Positions 58,964 through 64,000 of a DNA stretch of 64,000 bases are shown one piece after another; position 1 is the first letter of the stretch, and each line of letters opens with the position of its first letter. The position numbers were made by a program, and so were the translations under genes. The notes under the pieces are model-generated. The model had not been told where the DNA came from, did not search any database, and saw only the letters and a list, made by a program, of their open reading frames with translations. The DNA is taken from positions 10,234 to 74,233 of the forward strand of contig JAZNKD010000034.1 of NCBI GenBank assembly GCA_045578385.1, read 5' to 3'. Source of the DNA: Eubacteriales bacterium. Its GTDB lineage: Bacteria; Bacillota; Clostridia; Oscillospirales; CAG-272.

Positions 58964-59141
58964 TGTTGTAATTATTGTTATACGATATCAGACAAATTTG
59001 CCTACTCCTTCTTTAGTTTAAAAATGTTGTTGCAAGTACTTGAAAAAAGATATATATTGTGTTAGAATATTATCGTGGAAGAGTTTGTTTTTTTACTGAT
59101 ACGGTATAAAAACTCGGTTAAATATGAAAAGATGTTTCATT

Positions 59142-60562
59142 ATGAGAAAGACTAAAATCGTATGTACTATAGGCCCTGCTTGTTCATCGTCTGAGGTAAT
59201 GGAAAAGATGCTGAAGGCGGGAATGAACGTTGCCAGATTTAATTTTTCGCACGGCACGCACGAGTATCATAAGGAGCTTATGGATACATTTCGTTCGGTA
59301 AGAGATAAAATGAAAATACCCGCAGCAGTGCTTCTTGATACAAAAGGCCCCGAAATTCGCTTCTGTGATTTTGAAAACGGAAAAATAAGAGTTAATAAGG
59401 GTGGCAAATTTGCGCTTACGTCGAGAGATATTACGGGTAATGAGAACGAGGGAAAAATAACCTATCCCAAGCTTATCGGTCAGATAGAAAAAGGAACAAG
59501 AATTCTTGTCGATGACGGAAAGGTATCTCTTATTGCGGAAGAATTCACCGATACTGATATTATATGCCGAGTTGAAGTCGGCGGATATATCTCCAATCAT
59601 AAAAGCATTAACATTCCGAATACATCGATAGATATGCCTTATATAAGTAAAAAAGATGAGGAAGACCTGCTTTTCGGTATTAAAGAAAACGTTGATTTTA
59701 TCGCTGCATCGTTTGTAAGATGTAAGGAAAACGTAGTAGAACTCAGAAGATTTCTCGATTACCACGGCGGTCACTCCATTAAAATTATCGCTAAAATAGA
59801 AAATATGGAGGGTGTGCGTAATTTCGAAGACATTCTCTCTGTTTCCGACGGAATAATGGTTGCGCGCGGTGATATGGGTGTTGAAATCGAATTTGAAAAG
59901 CTTCCGGGTATTCAGAAGCGATTTATAAGAAGGTGCTACAGATCGGGTAAAATGGTTATCACCGCAACTCAGATGCTTGAATCGATGATACATTCCACGA
60001 CTCCCACGAGAGCAGAAATTACCGACGTTGCAAACGCGGTATTCGACGGAACGAGTGCGGTAATGCTTTCTGGCGAAACCGCGACCGGAGATAATCCAGT
60101 GCTTGTTGTTAAAACAATGTCTAAAATAGCCGAGCAGGCAGAGAATGACGCCAGCGAACTCGGTGTATATTCGAATATAGTTTACGATAATGAGAAGCTT
60201 GATATAACGAATGCGGTATGTGATGCAGCAGTAACCACTGCTAAGGACCTTAACGCAGACCTTATTGTCGCTGTAACGAAATCGGGACTTACTGCGAGAA
60301 GAATGTCGAAATTCCGCCCTGAGCAGCCTATTATTGCTGCAACGTCGGAGGCAAAGACTTTCCACCAGCTTGCGCTTTCTTGGGAGTTTTACCCGTTCTT
60401 TCGCTTATGCAGAAGGATACGGAAACGCTGTTCGTTCACGCTATAGATTGTGCGAAACAGCTTGGACTTGCAAATTCCGGAGAAACTGCTATTATAACGG
60501 CGGGAGCGCCTGTAAATCTTTCGGGTACTACGAATTTACTCAAGGTTCAGATAGTAAACTAA
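59142..60562 (+). pseudogene. pyk: Pyruvate kinase interrupted by a single-base frameshift near 60382 (true lesion or sequencing error)
   Basis: RKTKIVCTIGP, RFNFSHG, DTKGPEIR, VARGDMG and TQMLESM; conserved LSWGV split between frames; C-terminus continues in ORF 60380..60562. Confidence 0.85.
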
Positions 60563-60586
60563 GAAATATCGGACGTAACTTATTTG

Positions 60587-60612
60587 ACAGCCTCGGTTTT
60601 ATCCGAGGCTGT
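60587..60612 (+). terminator. Hairpin/terminator after pyk
   Basis: ACAGCCTCGG / CCGAGGCTGT 10-bp stem; weak T tail. Confidence 0.55.
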
Positions 60613-60675
60613 TGCATTTAAAAGATGTGAAACAATACGAAGTACGACAGGTACATAGTTGGATTGGGGAAATTT

Positions 60676-62298
60676 ATGAGGAAAATATTCAGAATATTTA
60701 TATCGAGATACGCTCTGTCGGCTGTGTTTATTCTTGCGGAGCTTGCCCTTATAGCTTATCTTGCCTTTTATGCGTATGCTTATTCGTTTTTATTCGTTTT
60801 ATTTGCAAGCGTTGTCAATTTGCTCGTTGTACTAAGTCTTATAAATAAAGATACAAATCCCGAATTCAAACTGACGTGGCTTGCAGTGGTGGTGCTGATA
60901 CCGCTTCTCGGCGGAGCGCTTTATATAATCTTTTATTCAAGACGTTTAACTGCGCGCGAATCGAAATATTTAAAGACGCTTGTCAACGATATGAGCGAGT
61001 GTGAGGAAGCAAACGGAAACCGCGCACGCTCTCTCAGCGTTCTCGGCAACCTTTCAAGAGTATCTGAGCTTGGCGGGGGGAACGCGCTTTCAATAATGAA
61101 GGACGATTCGCAGGCAGAGGTGTATACGAACTGTAAAACAGATTACTACCCGTCGGGCGAAGCGTTTTTTGCAGCCTTGCTTGAGGCACTCAAATCTGCT
61201 GAAAAATACATTTTTCTTGAATATTTTATAGTTGCCGACGGAAAAATGTGGAGCGCTATCCGCGACGTAATTGTTGAAAAGGCAAAATGCGGCGTTGAGG
61301 TAAAAATGTTGTACGACGACATAGGTTCAATGAGCACCGTAGCGGCAGATTTTGATAAAAAGCTGACGAGAGAGGGCATTTGCTGTTTCCGTTTTGCTAA
61401 AATTAAGCCCAAGTTTTCAGCATCTTATAATAACAGAGACCACAGAAAAATCTGCGTGATAGACGGAAAGACGGCATTTACCGGCGGTATCAATATAGCT
61501 GATGAGTATATCAACGAGAAGAAGCGCTTTGGGCATTGGAAGGACGGCGGAGTACGCGTCAAGGGGGCGGCTGCAGAGGGTTTTGCAAGGCTTTTCCTTA
61601 TAATGTTTGATTTTACGTCCGGAACACAGAGCGATTATCGCGCGTATTTTACCAATAATAAAAAGGCTTTATTGCGGAACGTAATTTGCGAAGCAAACGG
61701 CGGCGGAGAGGGAAAAGCAGCCGACGGTAGTCAGATTTTTGAGAATAGCGGATTTGTTATTCCCTTTGGTTCCGGTCCTGCGCCTGCATATCCCGAGCCG
61801 GCAGGAAAAAATGCGCTTATGAACATCATAAACGCATCAAAAAGATATCTATATATAACGACGCCTTATCTTATTATTGATTATGATTTGACAGAAGCTT
61901 TAAGGTGCGCTTCAAAAAGAGGCGTAGACGTGCGTATAATAACTCCTGCGCGAGCCGACAAAAAAATTGTAAAAATTATGACTAAAAGCTCTTACCCGTA
62001 TCTTATCAAGGCAGGGGTAAGGATTTTTGAGTATACCCCCGGTTTTATTCACGAAAAGCTCGTTGTTTCGGACGATTTGTTTGCCGTGGTCGGAACCATC
62101 AATTTTGATTACAGAAGCTTGGTTCATCACTTTGAAGACGCGTTATGGATATTTAACGATCCGTCGGTCAAAGAAATACGTGATAGCTTTATGCAGACGG
62201 AGAGCGTAAGTATTGAGATTTTACCAAATGAAGCAAAACTCAACTTCACAGAAAAGGTTATCCGGACTCTTATAAAGATTTTCGCGCCTTTGCTTTAA
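60676..62298 (+). CDS. cls: Cardiolipin synthase
   Basis: N-terminal TMs (PLDc_N); two HKD motifs (HRKICVID, HEKLVVSD); GGINIADEY and TTPY. Confidence 0.92.
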   Translation: MRKIFRIFISRYALSAVFILAELALIAYLAFYAYAYSFLFVLFASVVNLLVVLSLINKDTNPEFKLTWLAVVVLIPLLGGALYIIFYSRRLTARESKYLKTLVNDMSECEEANGNRARSLSVLGNLSRVSELGGGNALSIMKDDSQAEVYTNCKTDYYPSGEAFFAALLEALKSAEKYIFLEYFIVADGKMWSAIRDVIVEKAKCGVEVKMLYDDIGSMSTVAADFDKKLTREGICCFRFAKIKPKFSASYNNRDHRKICVIDGKTAFTGGINIADEYINEKKRFGHWKDGGVRVKGAAAEGFARLFLIMFDFTSGTQSDYRAYFTNNKKALLRNVICEANGGGEGKAADGSQIFENSGFVIPFGSGPAPAYPEPAGKNALMNIINASKRYLYITTPYLIIDYDLTEALRCASKRGVDVRIITPARADKKIVKIMTKSSYPYLIKAGVRIFEYTPGFIHEKLVVSDDLFAVVGTINFDYRSLVHHFEDALWIFNDPSVKEIRDSFMQTESVSIEILPNEAKLNFTEKVIRTLIKIFAPLL

Positions 62299-62305
62299 AA
62301 ACAAA

Positions 62306-62353
62306 AGAACGCCGATAGCTCCGGATTTTATTAAAGGGAGCTATCAGCGTTCT
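62306..62353. terminator. Bidirectional terminator
   Basis: AGAACGCCGATAGCTCC / GGAGCTATCAGCGTTCT near-perfect inverted repeat. Confidence 0.75.
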
Positions 62354-62358
62354 GGATT

Positions 62359-63066
62359 TTAAAGGGATTCTATTGCGTATACAACGTATTCGCGGGTGTG
62401 GATTTCATCGATAACGTCAACTAAATCCACGTTTTCTTTTTTTTTGGTTACGAGGCTTACTTCTATACCTACGTTTCCGGTTACTCCGCTTCTGGGCAAG
62501 GTAACCTGAACGTCGTGTGCTCGATAAGCCGTTTTAAGATGAGATATGCAATCTCTTATATAAGCATCCGAAGTTATTTCAACATAAAGACCGAATGACG
62601 AGTGATGCTCGTTGATATGGTGCTCTATTTTGTTTAGCACCATTACCGTAAAAACGGAGATAAGGAATGCAATAACTCCGCCCTCATAGAAGCCTGCGCC
62701 TACCGAAAGACCTATTGCCGCGGTAACCCAAAGTCCTGCCGCTGTTGTAAGACCGACTATCTGAAATCTGCCTTTAAGCATAATAGTTCCTACACCGAGG
62801 AAACCTATACCGGATATAACCTGCGCGCTGACACGGAGCGGATCTGAATTGCCGATTCCGATAATATCTCTTGCAAAAAATCCTACCATAGCTGTCAATG
62901 CTGCGCCTACGCATACAAGAATATGAGTTCTGAGCCCTGCCGCGCGGCGTTGCCTGCCACGTTCAAGACCTATCATTCCTCCAAGAAGCGCCGAAAGGAA
63001 AAGTCTTATAAGAATAGTCCAAAAGTTAAATTCTCTTAACCACTCCATCATATCTAAAACTCCCAT
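62359..63066 (-). CDS. MgtC/SapB-family membrane protein
   Basis: IGLER, AGLRTH, DPLRVSAQVISGIGFLG and GLTTAAGLW. Confidence 0.92.
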   Translation of the reverse strand: MGVLDMMEWLREFNFWTILIRLFLSALLGGMIGLERGRQRRAAGLRTHILVCVGAALTAMVGFFARDIIGIGNSDPLRVSAQVISGIGFLGVGTIMLKGRFQIVGLTTAAGLWVTAAIGLSVGAGFYEGGVIAFLISVFTVMVLNKIEHHINEHHSSFGLYVEITSDAYIRDCISHLKTAYRAHDVQVTLPRSGVTGNVGIEVSLVTKKKENVDLVDVIDEIHTREYVVYAIESL

Positions 63067-63256
63067 CTTTGATTTAATGAGCCAAACATTTATAGACAGT
63101 TGTCATATATTTTAACATTTATTCGGGGAAAAGTCAACATTTAATTATAAGTTTATGCTAAAACGGGGGAATGTTGAAGAAAAAACAAGATATCTATTGA
63201 AAATAAATGCAAATAATATTATAATTGTTTTGAAAACAAATGAAAGCGAGCATATT

Positions 63257-63916
63257 ATGGTTACTTTTGAAATGATAAAAAACGATTCTGCTGTCAGAAC
63301 GTATATAACCGAGGCGGATAAATCCTTGGAAGCTCTCGGATATACCGAGCATAGCTTTGCTCACGTAACGGCTGTTGCCGAACGTGCCGCGGGCCTTCTT
63401 GCGTGGCTCGGATACGACGAGAGAACTGTAGAGCTTGCAAAAATCGCGGGGTTCCTTCACGACATAGGAAATATAGTAAACAGAGTAGACCATTCTCAGT
63501 CGGGTGCTCTTATTTCGTTTAGACTTCTGGATAAACTTAATATGGACGCAAGGGAAATATCGGAGATTGTTACGGCTATAGGTAATCATGATGAGGGGAC
63601 AGGTGTCCCTGTAAGCGCTATTGCCGCAGCTCTTATTCTCGGTGATAAATCCGACGTGCGCCGAACCCGTGTAAGAAATAACGATATTTCCAGCTTTGAT
63701 ATTCACGACAGAGTAAACTATTCGGCAACCTCGTCGGAAATGATTTTATCCCGTGACAAAAAGAGTGTAACTCTCAAGCTTAATATAGATACCGAAATAA
63801 GCGCAATTATGGATTACTTTGAAATATTTCTTGTTCGTATGAAGCTCTGCAGAAGCGCTGCGAACAAACTTGGTGTTGATTTTAAACTCTGCATCAACGA
63901 GCAGCAATTCATTTGA
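63257..63916 (+). CDS. HD-domain phosphohydrolase
   Basis: GYTEHSFAH, LHDIGN, GNHDE, DKSDV and DIHDRVNY; start at ATG 63257 preferred. Confidence 0.85.
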   Translation: MVTFEMIKNDSAVRTYITEADKSLEALGYTEHSFAHVTAVAERAAGLLAWLGYDERTVELAKIAGFLHDIGNIVNRVDHSQSGALISFRLLDKLNMDAREISEIVTAIGNHDEGTGVPVSAIAAALILGDKSDVRRTRVRNNDISSFDIHDRVNYSATSSEMILSRDKKSVTLKLNIDTEISAIMDYFEIFLVRMKLCRSAANKLGVDFKLCINEQQFI

Positions 63917-64000
63917 TTTGCAGTGATGTACGAATTGTTTTAGGTTGATACTGATAAATCTTTTAATATCCGCAAAAATAAAATAAAACAGAGAGCTGTA

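Noticed and set aside
59184-60365. 393-aa antisense ORF opposite pyk
   Set aside because: Shadow ORF in register with pyk codons, with no domain features
1-64000. rRNA, tRNA, T-box, CRISPR, transposase or phage genes
   Set aside because: No matching signatures seen by eye; a covariance-model scan would be needed to exclude divergent RNAs

Overview
This 64-kb window is chromosomal backbone from a low-GC, probably spore-forming Clostridia-class (Bacillota) bacterium. It holds about 55 intact CDSs, mostly housekeeping or metabolic: asnA, holA, pfkA, birA, galT, lysS, greA, rsmE/prmA/ribF, an RlmL-like methyltransferase, an RlhA-like U32 protein, a Re-citrate synthase-GntR-aconitase-isocitrate dehydrogenase operon, a three-gene FAD/Fe-S glycerol-3-phosphate dehydrogenase-like operon, cls and several peptidases. 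I found no rRNA, tRNA, CRISPR array, transposase or phage gene. The best candidate for an uncharacterised system is a compact operon of acyltransferase, GT8 and a GT8-acyltransferase fusion (19248-22652), next to a DMT transporter and a divergent membrane-bound XRE regulator plus hydrolase; it is plausibly a glycolipid assembly pathway. Other notable points are two carbohydrate-active genes (GH2 beta-galactosidase, CE7 esterase) collapsed by large internal deletions, a 23-aa SpoVM-like ORF missing from the ORF track, an MgsA lacking its catalytic residues, a tail-anchored RxxxxH (HEPN-like) protein, a frameshifted pyk and candidate operator sites. All family calls come from motif recognition by eye; no database search was run.
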